This document shows positions 54,573 to 64,000 of a stretch of DNA of 64,000 bases, one piece after another (position 1 is the first letter of the stretch; each line of letters starts with the position of its first letter). The DNA comes from an uncultured Collinsella sp. Lineage in GTDB: Bacteria > Actinomycetota > Coriobacteriia > Coriobacteriales > Coriobacteriaceae. The stretch is from positions 23,544 to 87,543 of the forward strand of contig CALJCO010000011.1 in the NCBI GenBank assembly GCA_938023905.1. Direction: 5' to 3'. The position numbers and the translations under genes were made by a program. The notes beneath the pieces were generated by a model, which saw nothing but the letters and a program-made list of their open reading frames with translations, had not been told where the DNA came from and did not search any database.

Positions 54573-56126
54573 TTAGGCCTCGGTGGCGAGCACGCGACCC
54601 GTCATCTCGGCGGAAGGCTCAATACCAGCCATGGTGAGCATGGTCGGAGCGATATCGGAAAGACGGCCGTCCTCGATACCGGTGAGCTGCGCCTTCTCAT
54701 CAACGATGATGAACGGCACACGGTTGGTGGTGTGAGCCGTAAACGGATGCTTGGAGCCGTCGGAAGCAACGTCAAACATGTGATCGGCGTTGCCGTGGTC
54801 GGCGGTAATCAGCGCAAAGCCACCCTTGGCGAGAATCGCCGGGACAACCTTGGACAGGGCATCGTCAACAGCCTCGACGGCCTTAACGGCGGCGTCGAAG
54901 ACACCGGTGTGACCAACCATGTCGCAGTTCGCGAAGTTCACGATGTAGAAATCAGCGCGATCCTCGTTGATTGAGGCGACGAGCTTCTCAGTAACCTCGG
55001 GAGCGCTCATCTCGGGCTGCAGATCGTAGGTAGCGACCTTGGGGGAAGCGACGAGCACGCGCTCCTCGCCCTCCTTGGGCTCCTCGATGCCGCCGTTGAG
55101 GAAGAACGTCACGTGGGCGTACTTCTCGGTCTCGGCGGTATGCAGCTGCTTCAGGCCATTGGCGGCGATAACGTCGGCCAGGACGTTCTCGGGGAACGTC
55201 TTGGGGAAGGCGACCTCAACGTCAAACGTCGGATCGTACTCGGTCATCGTCACAAAGTGCGAAAGCTTAATCTGCTCGCGCTCAAAGCCGTCGAACTCCT
55301 TGTCCGTGAACACGCGGGTCATCTGACGAGCGCGGTCGGGACGGAAGTTGAAGAAGATGGCCGCGTCGCCCTCGTGGATGCCCTCGTTGTGGGCAGCGAA
55401 GGGCTCGACGAACTCGTCGCCGCGCGGATCCTTCTCGTAGTAGGCCTTGATACCGGCAACGGGGTCGGTATCAGCATCGGACGCGTTGACCATGACGTCG
55501 TAGGCGCGCTGGATGCGCTCCCAACGATTATCGCGGTCCATGGCCCAATAACGGCCCGAGACGGTGGCAACGCGAGCGTCGCAACCGGTCTCCTCGGAGA
55601 TCTTAGCCAGGAAGGCGCAGAACTCGCTCATGTAGCCGGCACCGGACTGCGGGTCAACGTCGCGGCCATCCATGAAGGCGTGGACGCGAACGGTCTTGAC
55701 ACCGTGCTCGGCAGCCATCTTGACCAGAGCCTCGACGTGGTTCATGTGAGAATGAACACCGCCAGGGCTCATAAGGCCCATGAGGTGGAGAGTCTTGCCG
55801 TCAGCCTTGACGTCGTCCATAGCCTTGACGAAGACCTCGTTCTTGGCGATGGAGCCGTCCTTGATGGCGTTGTTGATGCGCGAAAGCTCCTGGAACACGA
55901 TGCGGCCGGCACCGATGTTGAGGTGACCCACCTCGGAGTTACCCATCTGGCCATCGGGAAGACCCACGTCCTCGCCCGAAGCGCCGAGCGTGGTGTGGGG
56001 GTACTTCTCGTACAGGCTATCAAGGAAGGGCGTCTTAGCAGCGGCGACGGCGTTCTCGCCATCGGCCGGAGCCAGGCCGCAGCCGTCCATGATGATCAGG
56101 AGTGCAGGAAGATGACGCTGTGCCAT
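54573..56126 (-). CDS. gpmI: 2,3-bisphosphoglycerate-independent phosphoglycerate mutase
   Basis: 517 aa, N-terminal ...LLIIMDGCGLA... and metal-binding motifs of iPGM. Confidence 0.9.
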   Translation of the reverse strand: MAQRHLPALLIIMDGCGLAPADGENAVAAAKTPFLDSLYEKYPHTTLGASGEDVGLPDGQMGNSEVGHLNIGAGRIVFQELSRINNAIKDGSIAKNEVFVKAMDDVKADGKTLHLMGLMSPGGVHSHMNHVEALVKMAAEHGVKTVRVHAFMDGRDVDPQSGAGYMSEFCAFLAKISEETGCDARVATVSGRYWAMDRDNRWERIQRAYDVMVNASDADTDPVAGIKAYYEKDPRGDEFVEPFAAHNEGIHEGDAAIFFNFRPDRARQMTRVFTDKEFDGFEREQIKLSHFVTMTEYDPTFDVEVAFPKTFPENVLADVIAANGLKQLHTAETEKYAHVTFFLNGGIEEPKEGEERVLVASPKVATYDLQPEMSAPEVTEKLVASINEDRADFYIVNFANCDMVGHTGVFDAAVKAVEAVDDALSKVVPAILAKGGFALITADHGNADHMFDVASDGSKHPFTAHTTNRVPFIIVDEKAQLTGIEDGRLSDIAPTMLTMAGIEPSAEMTGRVLATEA

Positions 56127-56131
56127 ATGTC

Positions 56132-56899
56132 CTACTCGCCTGCCTTGACGACCATAGAAGCGAAGTCGGCAGCCTTGAGCGAAGCGCCACCCACGAGGGC
56201 GCCGTCAACGTCGGGCTTGGCGACGAGCTCGGCGATGTTGCCGGGCTTGGCAGAGCCACCATAGAGAACGCGGATGCCGTTAGCGAGCTCCTCGCCGAAC
56301 ATCTCCTTGAGGGTCTCACGGATAGCGCCGCAGACCTCCTGAGCGTCCTCGGCGGTAGCGGTCTTGCCGGTGCCGATGGCCCAGATGGGCTCATAGGCGA
56401 CGACGACCTGCTTGGGGCAGGTGATCTCAAGACCAGCAAGGCCAGCCTTGACCTGGTTCACGACGTGCTCGACATAGGTGCCAGCCTCGCGGACCTCGAG
56501 GGACTCGCCACAGCAGAAGACAGGAACAAGACCGGCGGCAACGAGAGCCTTGGCCTTCTTGTTCTGATCCTCGTCGGTCTCGTGGAAGTAGTCGCGACGC
56601 TCGGAGTGGCCGATGATGCAGTAGGTGCAGCCAGCAGACTTGAGCATGTCGCAAGAGGACTCACCGGTGAAGGCACCCTTGGCCTCCCAGTACACGTTCT
56701 GTGCACCGAGGGCGATGGGGGCAGCCTGAATACGGTCATGAACCGTGGTGATGTCGATGGTCGGAGGGCACACGAGCACCTCGACGCCAGCCGGAACCTC
56801 GGGCAGAGCCTGAGCCAGCTCGTCGGCGAGCTTGGCGGCCTCGGCGACGTCGTTGTTCATCTTCCAGTTACCAGCGATAAGAAGGGTGCGATTAGGCAT
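56132..56899 (-). CDS. tpiA: triosephosphate isomerase
   Basis: ORF 56132..56962. ATG at 56899 (MPNRTLLIAGNWKMN...). Start sits 2 nt after the pgk stop. Confidence 0.9.
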   Translation of the reverse strand: MPNRTLLIAGNWKMNNDVAEAAKLADELAQALPEVPAGVEVLVCPPTIDITTVHDRIQAAPIALGAQNVYWEAKGAFTGESSCDMLKSAGCTYCIIGHSERRDYFHETDEDQNKKAKALVAAGLVPVFCCGESLEVREAGTYVEHVVNQVKAGLAGLEITCPKQVVVAYEPIWAIGTGKTATAEDAQEVCGAIRETLKEMFGEELANGIRVLYGGSAKPGNIAELVAKPDVDGALVGGASLKAADFASMVVKAGE

Positions 56900-58082
56900 C
56901 GAGAAGCGCCTCCACTCCGGGCAGGGCCTTACCCTCGACGAGCTCCATGGAAGCGCCACCACCGGTGGAGATCCAGCTCATCTTGTCGGCCAGGTTGAAC
57001 TTGTTGACAGCTGCGACAGAGTCGCCACCGCCGATGATCGAGGTGCAGTCGGCCTCGGCAACAGCCTCGGCGATAGCCTGGGTGCCGTGAGCGAAGTTGT
57101 CAAACTCGAAGACGCCCATGGGGCCGTTCCAGAACACGGTCTTGGCGCCCTTGACGGCCTCGGCGTAGAGCTCCTCGGTCTTGGGGCCGATGTCCATACC
57201 CTCACGATCGTCGGGGATAGCGTCGGAAGCGACAACCTCGGGGACAGCGTCCTCGCCAAAGTGATCGGCAACGCGGTTATCGATGGGGAGCAGGATCTTG
57301 ACGCCCTTCTCCTCGGCCTTCTTGAGCATCTCGCCGGCGCGCTCGACCCAGTCCTCTTCCTTGAGGGACTGACCGACGGTCAGGCCCTGAGCCAGGAAGA
57401 AGGTGTAGGCCATGCCGCCACCGATGATCAGGGTGTCAGCGGAGTCGATGAGGTGATCGAGAACGCCGATCTTGGAGGAAACCTTGGAACCGCCGACGAT
57501 AGCGACGAAGGGGCGCTCGGGCTCGGCGAAGATGCCGGTCAGCGTGTCGACCTCCTTCTCGAGCAGGAAGCCAGCGACTGCGGGCAGGTAAGCGGCGGGG
57601 CCCACAACGGAACCCTGGGCGCGGTGAGCGGTGCCAAAGGCATCGAGGACGAAGACGTCACCATAGGAAGCGAGGATCTTGGCGATCTCGGGATCGTTCT
57701 TCTTCTCACGCTTGTCGAAACGGACGTTCTCGAGAACGAGGACCTTGCCCGGCTCGACGGCGGCGACAGCCTCAGCAGCCTTCTCGCCGTAGGTGTCGGC
57801 GACAAAGGCAACGTCGAGACCAGAGAGCTCAGCAAGCTTCTTGGCGACGGGCTCGAGGGACAGCTCGGGCTGGAAGCCGGTGCCCTCGGGACGGCCGAGG
57901 TGGCTCATGAGGATGACGCGAGCGTTGTGCTCAACGAGATAGTTGATGGTGGGCAGGGCAGCCTTGATGCGGGTGGTGTCGCCAACGACGCCATCCTTGA
58001 TAGGCACGTTAAAGTCAACGCGGACGAGAACGCGCTTGCCGTCGACATCGATGTCGCGGACGGTCTTCTTGGTAAAGGCCAT
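56892..58082 (-). CDS. pgk: phosphoglycerate kinase
   Basis: ORF 56892..58118. ATG at 58082 (MAFTKKTVRDIDVDGKRVLVRVDFNVP...). Confidence 0.9.
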   Translation of the reverse strand: MAFTKKTVRDIDVDGKRVLVRVDFNVPIKDGVVGDTTRIKAALPTINYLVEHNARVILMSHLGRPEGTGFQPELSLEPVAKKLAELSGLDVAFVADTYGEKAAEAVAAVEPGKVLVLENVRFDKREKKNDPEIAKILASYGDVFVLDAFGTAHRAQGSVVGPAAYLPAVAGFLLEKEVDTLTGIFAEPERPFVAIVGGSKVSSKIGVLDHLIDSADTLIIGGGMAYTFFLAQGLTVGQSLKEEDWVERAGEMLKKAEEKGVKILLPIDNRVADHFGEDAVPEVVASDAIPDDREGMDIGPKTEELYAEAVKGAKTVFWNGPMGVFEFDNFAHGTQAIAEAVAEADCTSIIGGGDSVAAVNKFNLADKMSWISTGGGASMELVEGKALPGVEALLDA

Positions 58083-58222
58083 GTTTGCTTCTACCTTTCG
58101 TACGTGTCTGCCTCCCATTACGGCAGACGATTTCCTATAAAAAGGGCGCGACCCTAGGGTGTAAGCCCTATAAGGCCGCGCCCTTCTTTAGACGCTCAAC
58201 GAGCTATTCGCTAAAAGCTAAA

Positions 58223-59248
58223 TTAAGCAACGAACTTCTCGAAGTACTTGATGGTGCGGACCATCTGAGAGGTGTAAGAGTTCTCGTTGTCGTACCAAGA
58301 GGTGACCTGAACGAGGGTCTGGCCGTTGCCGAGGTCAGAGCACATGGTCTGAGTGGCGTCGAAGATGGAGCCGTGGGTCTCGCCGATGATGTCGGTGGAG
58401 ACGATGTCGTCCTCGTTGTAACCGAAGGTCTCGGAGATGGTGGCAGCGTAGGCCTTCATAGCAGCGTTGACCTCGTCGACGGTGACCTTCTTGTCAACGA
58501 CAGCGTAGAGGTTGGTGATGGAGCCGGTCGGCGTCGGGACGCGCTGGGCGGCACCGATGAGCTTGCCGTTGAGCTCGGGGAGAACCAGGCCGATAGCCTT
58601 GGCAGCACCGGTGGTGTTGGGGACAATGTTAACGGCGCAGGCGCGGCTACGACGCTTGTTGCCCTTGCGCTGCGGGCCGTCGAGCGGCATCTGGTCGCCA
58701 GTCCAGGCGTGAATGGTGGTCATGATGCCGGACACGATGGGAGCGAAGTCGTTCAGACCCTTGGCCATCGGGGCGAGGCAGTTGGTGGTGCAGGAAGCAG
58801 CGGAGATGATGTTGTCCTCAGCGGTCAGCGTCTCATGGTTGACGTTGTACACGATGGTGGGCAGATCGCTGCCGGCCGGAGCGGAGATGACGACCTTCTT
58901 GGCGCCAGCGTTGATGTGGGCCTGAGCCTTAGCCTTGCTGGTGTAGAAGCCGGTGCACTCGAGAACGACGTCGACGTCGAGGTCGCCCCAAGGCAGGTTG
59001 TTGGCGTCGGCCTCCTTGTAGATCTTGATCTCCTTGCCGTCAACGGTGATGGAATCCTCGCCAGCAACGACCTCGTGATCGCGAGCGTAGTTGCCCTGCG
59101 TGGAGTCGTACTTCAGCAGGTAAGCGAGCATATCGGGAGAGGTGAGGTCGTTGATAGCGACGATCTCGGAGCCCTCATGACCGAACATCTGACGGAAAGC
59201 CAGACGACCGATGCGACCGAAGCCGTTAATAGCAACCTTTACTGCCAT
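58223..59248 (-). CDS. gap: type I glyceraldehyde-3-phosphate dehydrogenase
   Basis: ORF 58223..59350. ATG at 59248 ([15 protein letters not shown]...) with AAAGGAGA RBS. Catalytic [10 protein letters not shown]. Confidence 0.9.
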   Translation of the reverse strand: MAVKVAINGFGRIGRLAFRQMFGHEGSEIVAINDLTSPDMLAYLLKYDSTQGNYARDHEVVAGEDSITVDGKEIKIYKEADANNLPWGDLDVDVVLECTGFYTSKAKAQAHINAGAKKVVISAPAGSDLPTIVYNVNHETLTAEDNIISAASCTTNCLAPMAKGLNDFAPIVSGIMTTIHAWTGDQMPLDGPQRKGNKRRSRACAVNIVPNTTGAAKAIGLVLPELNGKLIGAAQRVPTPTGSITNLYAVVDKKVTVDEVNAAMKAYAATISETFGYNEDDIVSTDIIGETHGSIFDATQTMCSDLGNGQTLVQVTSWYDNENSYTSQMVRTIKYFEKFVA

Positions 59249-59441
59249 TGTGTCTCCTTTCGTAAGGCCCCCGCGAGCTACAGCGCCCGCCGTTGAGGCC
59301 CACAAACTAACCACTCGCCTAATATACCTTTTTTTTGACTTGAATTTCACGAGAATGCTCGAAATTGAAAATCAAATTTACGTTAAAACGTTTTAAAGAA
59401 TAAAATAGCAGCTAAATCCGTATATAAGTCGATACTTCAAA

Positions 59442-60371
59442 CTACCTGTTTGCTTCAATGAGCTTTTCAAGCCTCAAAACTCGATGGTAGAGGGCTGACT
59501 TCGACAAGGGAGGGTCAGCCATCTCCCCCAAATCACGCAGCGACAGATCGGGATAGCGCTCTCGCAGATCGCAAAAGACCGCCAAGGCATCCGGAAGCGC
59601 ATCGCGAAGGCCACGCTGCTCGAGCTCATCGATAAGCGCAAGCTGATGTTGGGCGGCACCGGCGCTTCTGGTCTGGTTGGCGAGCTCGGCGTTCACGCGA
59701 CGGTTCACATCGTTCTTAACCAACTTGACCGCGCGCGCCTCCTCAATCTCGGCAACGCTGCGCTTGGCACCAATCAGCTTTAAAAGATGTTCGATCTCCT
59801 CGGCGCTCTTAATGTAGACAGCAAAGGATCCGCGCCGCGCGTTAACGCGCGCATGGACCCCAATCTGCTCCAATAGATCGCAAAGTCCCCGGGCATACTG
59901 CTCGCCCTGCACCGCGATCTCCAAATGAAAGTCGCCGCGGGGATCGGCCACAAAACCGCCCGCGATGAGCGCGCCGCGGATGTAGGCAAGCCTGCAGCAG
60001 GGACGGGCAACGATGTGCCGGGGAACACCGGCGACGAGCCCTCCCCTGCGGTCGAGAATGCCCAGCAGCACCAGAGCCTTGTCCAGGTCGGGTTGATCGG
60101 GCAGGGTAATGAGATAGTTGCGGACCTTATGCAAGACCGATTTACGAACGGTGAATTCCGTTTTGAGCTTAAGGATGCGATGCGTCAGTGTGATCATCGT
60201 GCGCGCGACGGCACCCGTCTCGGTCGCGACCGTCAAACGATACCGCCCGGAGCCGGCCAGCGAAAGTGTACCGCTCACACGCGTCAGGGCGGCAAGCGTC
60301 GACAAATCACAGTATTCACATTCGGGTTCGCAGCGCGCGAGCTCGTCACGCACCTCGGCGGTAAACGACAT
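59442..60371 (-). CDS. whiA: DNA-binding sporulation/cell-division regulator WhiA
   Basis: 309 aa, LAGLIDGDG-type homing-endonuclease-like core plus C-terminal HTH. Conserved location upstream of gap. Confidence 0.9.
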   Translation of the reverse strand: MSFTAEVRDELARCEPECEYCDLSTLAALTRVSGTLSLAGSGRYRLTVATETGAVARTMITLTHRILKLKTEFTVRKSVLHKVRNYLITLPDQPDLDKALVLLGILDRRGGLVAGVPRHIVARPCCRLAYIRGALIAGGFVADPRGDFHLEIAVQGEQYARGLCDLLEQIGVHARVNARRGSFAVYIKSAEEIEHLLKLIGAKRSVAEIEEARAVKLVKNDVNRRVNAELANQTRSAGAAQHQLALIDELEQRGLRDALPDALAVFCDLRERYPDLSLRDLGEMADPPLSKSALYHRVLRLEKLIEANR

Positions 60372-60377
60372 GCAGGC

Positions 60378-61298
60378 CTATGCTTTCGTGTTCGCGCGCG
60401 ACAGGTCGCGATGGGAAATGCTCACGTGATACTGGGCACCTTCCAAATAACGTGCCGTGGCCTCGGCGATGGCAACGCTGCGGTGCTGACCGCCCGTGCA
60501 ACCGATGGCAATAGAAAGTTGCGGCTTGCCCTCCGCAATGTAGCCCGGCATCACCGTATCAAGCAGCTGCGTCCAAGCCTTCCAGAACTCCTGGGTCTTG
60601 GGATGGTCTAAGACAAAATCGGAGACTTTCTTATCGAGACCGGTCATGGTGCGCATCTCGGGATCGTAGAACGGATTGGGCAGGAAGCGAACGTCGATCA
60701 TAATGTCCGCCTCGACGGGCATACCGTGCTTAAAGCCAAACGAGAACACGTGAACGTCCATGAGCTGCTGGTCGGACAACTCGGAGAACGCCATGCGCAA
60801 TTTGTTGCGCAGGGCAGAGGTGCGCAAGCGGCTCGTGTCGATAATCATATCGGCTCGGTCGCGCACGCCCTGCAGCTGAAGGCGCTCGCGCTGAATGGCA
60901 TCGGCCGTAGTCTCCCCCGGCTTGGCAATGGGATGACGGCGGCGATTTTCGCTATAACGACGGATCAGCACCTCGTCAGAAGCCTCCAGGAACACGATGT
61001 CACAGCTCATCTCGCGCTCCTCGAGTGCGGCAACGGCATCGAGCAGCTCATCGAACAAGCCCTGGCTGCGCAGGTCACAGGTGACGGCGAGATGCCTGCC
61101 CACGCCCGTATTGATGCCGACGAGCTCGGCAAGCTGGGCGATGAGACGCGGAGGCAGGTTATCGATGCAAAAATAGCCCATGTCCTCGAACACGTGCATG
61201 GCCTGTGTGCGGCCCGATCCGGACATTCCGGTGATGATGACGATATCGGGGATGCGCTCCGAGCGCTCCGCCGCATCCATGGCATCTCCCTTTTGCAT
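60378..61298 (-). CDS. rapZ: RNase adapter protein RapZ (YvcJ, P-loop NTPase)
   Basis: ORF 60378..61334. ATG at 61298 (GGGAGG RBS) or 61280 (AAAGGGAGA RBS). Walker A GMSGSGRT. Confidence 0.85.
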   Translation of the reverse strand: MQKGDAMDAAERSERIPDIVIITGMSGSGRTQAMHVFEDMGYFCIDNLPPRLIAQLAELVGINTGVGRHLAVTCDLRSQGLFDELLDAVAALEEREMSCDIVFLEASDEVLIRRYSENRRRHPIAKPGETTADAIQRERLQLQGVRDRADMIIDTSRLRTSALRNKLRMAFSELSDQQLMDVHVFSFGFKHGMPVEADIMIDVRFLPNPFYDPEMRTMTGLDKKVSDFVLDHPKTQEFWKAWTQLLDTVMPGYIAEGKPQLSIAIGCTGGQHRSVAIAEATARYLEGAQYHVSISHRDLSRANTKA

Positions 61299-61399
61299 GT
61301 GCTGCCTCCCGAAAACAAGCGCGGGACCCAGCAACCCGGATCCCGCGCGGTCAATTGCCTATATTGAGTATACCGCCCCGAGCGGATACGAGGCCTGTC

Positions 61400-62086
61400 T
61401 TACGCCTCAAGCGCAGCCTTGAACCAACTCGTAATACTCGTGGGGTGCGTGATGGCGGTGCCGACGACAACGGCCCAGGCGCCAGCATCGATCGCGGCGC
61501 GAGCCTCCTCGGGCGTATGCACGCGACCCTCACAAATGATGGGAAGGCCGGGGAATTCCTCGGTCGCCTGACGCAGGAGCGGCAGGTCGGGGCCATCGGC
61601 CATGGTGCAGTCGATGGCGGCGACGCCGTGAGAAAGCGTGGTGGATACCAGGTCAAAGCCCATATCAACAGCACGGCGAATGTCCTCGATGGTGGCGCAA
61701 TCCGCCATCAGGAGCACACCCTCCTCGTGCAGCGGGCGGAAGGTATCCTCGACCGTCTTGCCATCGGGGCGCGGACGATCGGTGGCATCGATCGCCACGA
61801 TATCGGCACCGGCAGCAACGCAGGCGCGAGCGTGACGCAGCGTCGGCGTGATGTAAACGCCCTCGTGCCCATCCTTCCACAGGCCGATGACGGGAACCTC
61901 ACAGCGACCCTTAATGGCGGCAATGTCGGCAAGGCCCTGGCAGCGAATGGCGGCAGCGCCGCCGAGCTCGCAAGCGCGAGACATTTGAGCCATGGTCTCG
62001 GGCGTACGAAGCGGCTCGCCCATATACGCCTGAACGCTCACGACGAGCTTGCCCTTCAGGGATTGAATCAAAGGATCGACGGTCAT
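61400..62086 (-). CDS. nanE: putative N-acetylmannosamine-6-phosphate 2-epimerase
   Basis: 228 aa. NanE-family TIM barrel (..VVSVQAY..PLRTPE...). Confidence 0.75.
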   Translation of the reverse strand: MTVDPLIQSLKGKLVVSVQAYMGEPLRTPETMAQMSRACELGGAAAIRCQGLADIAAIKGRCEVPVIGLWKDGHEGVYITPTLRHARACVAAGADIVAIDATDRPRPDGKTVEDTFRPLHEEGVLLMADCATIEDIRRAVDMGFDLVSTTLSHGVAAIDCTMADGPDLPLLRQATEEFPGLPIICEGRVHTPEEARAAIDAGAWAVVVGTAITHPTSITSWFKAALEA

Positions 62087-62156
62087 AAGGCTGCAACCTT
62101 TCTTAGAACAGCCTCCCGAGGCATGTTGTCTCGGGAGGCTCCTACAGCAGATACTT

Positions 62157-63122
62157 TTACTTCAACGAGGCAAGAAGATGCTCAGCGGCACCGATGAGCG
62201 GAGCATCGCCCTCCAGAGAACCGATGAGGATCGGTGTGTTCTGAAGCGGATCGAGCGCCTGGCTGGCATAGCCCTCGTGCACCGAATCCTTCCACGTCTG
62301 CGAACGCCAATCGGGACCTTGGTGAATCACGCCGCCCGAAAGCACGATGACCTCAGGGTCCAGGATGTTAGCGAGCGAGCCCAAGCTGGCGCCCAGCGCA
62401 AAGCCGGCATCATGGATGACCTCGGTCGCCTTTGCGTCGCCCGCACGGCACAGGTCGTTCACATCGCGACCGACCGAAGGACGGCTGGGGTCGACGCGGC
62501 CAAAACGCTCATCGTACATTCGACCAATGGAAGTGCCCGAAGCAACCGACTCCAGATGGCCGGAACGCCCGCAGGCGCAGGGAATGCCGGCGGCAGCCGA
62601 GCACTCGATGTGGCCCATATGGCCGGCAGCACCATGGAAGCCCTGCATCACGCGGCCGTTCTCGACATATGCGCCGCCGATGCCCGTACCGATGCCAAGA
62701 CACAAGACGGAGAACTTACCCTTGCCGACGCCCCAGTGGGCCTCGCCCAGTGCATGAGCCTGCACGTCGCCTACAACGGCAACGGGAAGACCGAGGTCCT
62801 CGCGCAGACGCGGCCCCAACTGAACGCCGGACCAGCCGGGCATGATCTCGTTGGCATACGCGATGGCGCCCGTCTTGGGATCGACGACGCCGGCGGCACC
62901 GATACCGACGCCAAGGACCTCGACATCGGGATTCGCCTCGAGAGCAGCCTTGATGGACGCCTCGATACGCTGGAAGACGGCCTCGCCGCCCTCCTGGGCC
63001 TCGGTAGGAACCTCGGCCTCAAAAACAGGATGGGGCACGCTGCCGTCAGCCGGGTACTCCATGATGGCAGTCGCGATCTTAGTTCCGCCGATATCGACAG
63101 AGCAGACGTACTTGTTCTCCAT
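62157..63122 (-). CDS. nanK: ROK-family sugar kinase (N-acetylmannosamine kinase-like)
   Basis: 321 aa, N-terminal VDIGGTKIA ATP-binding motif, CxCGxxGH zinc motif (CACGRSGH). Confidence 0.75.
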   Translation of the reverse strand: MENKYVCSVDIGGTKIATAIMEYPADGSVPHPVFEAEVPTEAQEGGEAVFQRIEASIKAALEANPDVEVLGVGIGAAGVVDPKTGAIAYANEIMPGWSGVQLGPRLREDLGLPVAVVGDVQAHALGEAHWGVGKGKFSVLCLGIGTGIGGAYVENGRVMQGFHGAAGHMGHIECSAAAGIPCACGRSGHLESVASGTSIGRMYDERFGRVDPSRPSVGRDVNDLCRAGDAKATEVIHDAGFALGASLGSLANILDPEVIVLSGGVIHQGPDWRSQTWKDSVHEGYASQALDPLQNTPILIGSLEGDAPLIGAAEHLLASLK

Positions 63123-63293
63123 GTCGCTCTCCTTAGGAGATAAAAAACAACTACAGGAAATGAAGGCGGTGTTATCGCCGCAACTTAGTAAAGGTTTCCC
63201 AGGTGCCCGAGGTTGGGGTGAAAGTGGTCGGGCGTTGACCTAATGGGTCAAGCCCGACCACTTGAGCCCCAAGATCGGGTGCCTGGGGAAGCT

Positions 63294-64000
63294 TTACAGG
63301 AGACCGTTGTCCTGAAGGACCTTCTTAATCGCCTCGACGTTCTCGCCGGTCATGGCCTTCACCGGGCGCGGCATGGTCGGGCTGTCGAAGATACCCATGA
63401 GGTTCATAGCGGTCTTGAAGGCGCCGACGCCACCGGCATAGCCCTGGACGCCCGAGGTGACATCCCAGATGTGCGAAATCTCATTGAGGCGATCCTGCTC
63501 GGCCTTGACGGTAGCCCAGTCACCAGCCTGAGCGGCCTTCCATTGACGCACGTAGCCCTCAGGCTCAACGTTGGCGAGGCCCGGGACGGAACCGTCGGCA
63601 CCACCGAGGTAAGCGCCGTCGACAACAACCTCGTGACCGGTGAGGATGCTCATCGGATGGCCGTTCTTCTCGTTCTCCTGAACGAGGTAGCGGAACGAGA
63701 TGTCATCACCCGAGGAATCCTTGACGCCGGCCAGAACGCCCTCGGCACCGAGCTTGGCAAGGAGCTTCCAGGGGAGCTTGGTGTGGACGCACACGGGGAT
63801 GTCGTAAGCGAAGATGGGCAGGTCGAGTTCCTCATGCAGGATGCGGAAGTGCTCCTCGACCTCGGTCATGCCCTGCAGGGCATAGAACGGGCAGGTGGCG
63901 ACGAGGGCATCGGCGCCCAGCTCCTGAGCGACCTTACCGTGCTCGATCATGCGCTCGGTCTCGGTGTCGATGATGCCGACCAGAACGGGAACGCGGTGGT
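63294..64000 (-). CDS. nanA: N-acetylneuraminate lyase / DapA-family aldolase, 5' part outside window
   Basis: Frame continues upstream of the listed ORF (…HRVPVLVGIIDTETERMIEHGKVAQELGADALVATCPFY…). DapA/NAL family. Adjacent to nanK and nanE. Confidence 0.7.
   Translation of the reverse strand, partial: HRVPVLVGIIDTETERMIEHGKVAQELGADALVATCPFYALQGMTEVEEHFRILHEELDLPIFAYDIPVCVHTKLPWKLLAKLGAEGVLAGVKDSSGDDISFRYLVQENEKNGHPMSILTGHEVVVDGAYLGGADGSVPGLANVEPEGYVRQWKAAQAGDWATVKAEQDRLNEISHIWDVTSGVQGYAGGVGAFKTAMNLMGIFDSPTMPRPVKAMTGENVEAIKKVLQDNGLL

Overview
High-GC (about 62%) Gram-positive chromosomal window that is mostly core metabolism. Gene content and synteny (rapZ-whiA-gap-pgk-tpiA-gpmI, then secG; nrdDG; flavodoxin; a sialic-acid nanA-nanK-nanE set) fit an anaerobic actinobacterium of the Coriobacteriia type. 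Almost everything is on the minus strand. No prophage, integron, CRISPR or recognisable defence island was found. Main blocks, left to right:
- 1-8.2 kb: a fructosamine (Amadori-product) catabolic operon related to frl/fra, with its GntR-family regulator.
- 8.3-11.9 kb: two HAD-superfamily phosphatases and pgi.
- 12.7-14.7 kb: a LexA-box-controlled Y-family DNA polymerase plus a YolD-like gene.
- 14.7-16.5 kb: a heavy-metal-associated (HMA) domain protein, a Cys-rich protein and flavodoxin.
- 16.6-19.7 kb: an amino-acid ABC transporter whose permease carries an unusual N-terminal extracytoplasmic domain.
- 19.8-25.1 kb: nfo and a redox-enzyme cluster. Two of these genes carry a conserved, covarying 5' leader hairpin.
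- 26.7-29.2 kb: metY with a divergent LysR regulator and a 17-codon upstream ORF (uORF).
- 29.3-35.8 kb: rnhA, an oxidoreductase, acylphosphatase, a Fur-family regulator, a UreE-like/SlyD pair, and peptidases.
- 35.8-40.8 kb: folE-HD-folB and nrdD-nrdG, with NrdR-like boxes and a large intercistronic inverted repeat.
- 41.4-43.9 kb and 47.2 kb: six tRNA genes (Val, Cys, Leu and three Gly) flanking a GH13 alpha-glucosidase gene.
- 44.0-47.2 kb: a partner-switching pair, a PAS-GAF-PP2C phosphatase plus a fused STAS-anti-sigma kinase protein.
- 47.3-47.9 kb: a 600-bp ORF-free, highly structured intergenic region holding two homologous 6S-RNA-like hairpin elements.
- 47.9-53.9 kb: the opp operon.
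- 54.2-64.0 kb: secG, the glycolysis operon, whiA, rapZ and nanE-nanK-nanA.
The most interesting non-coding signals are the two convergent 6S-like elements at 47.47-47.90 kb and the leader hairpin shared by nfo and a Gfo/Idh/MocA gene.
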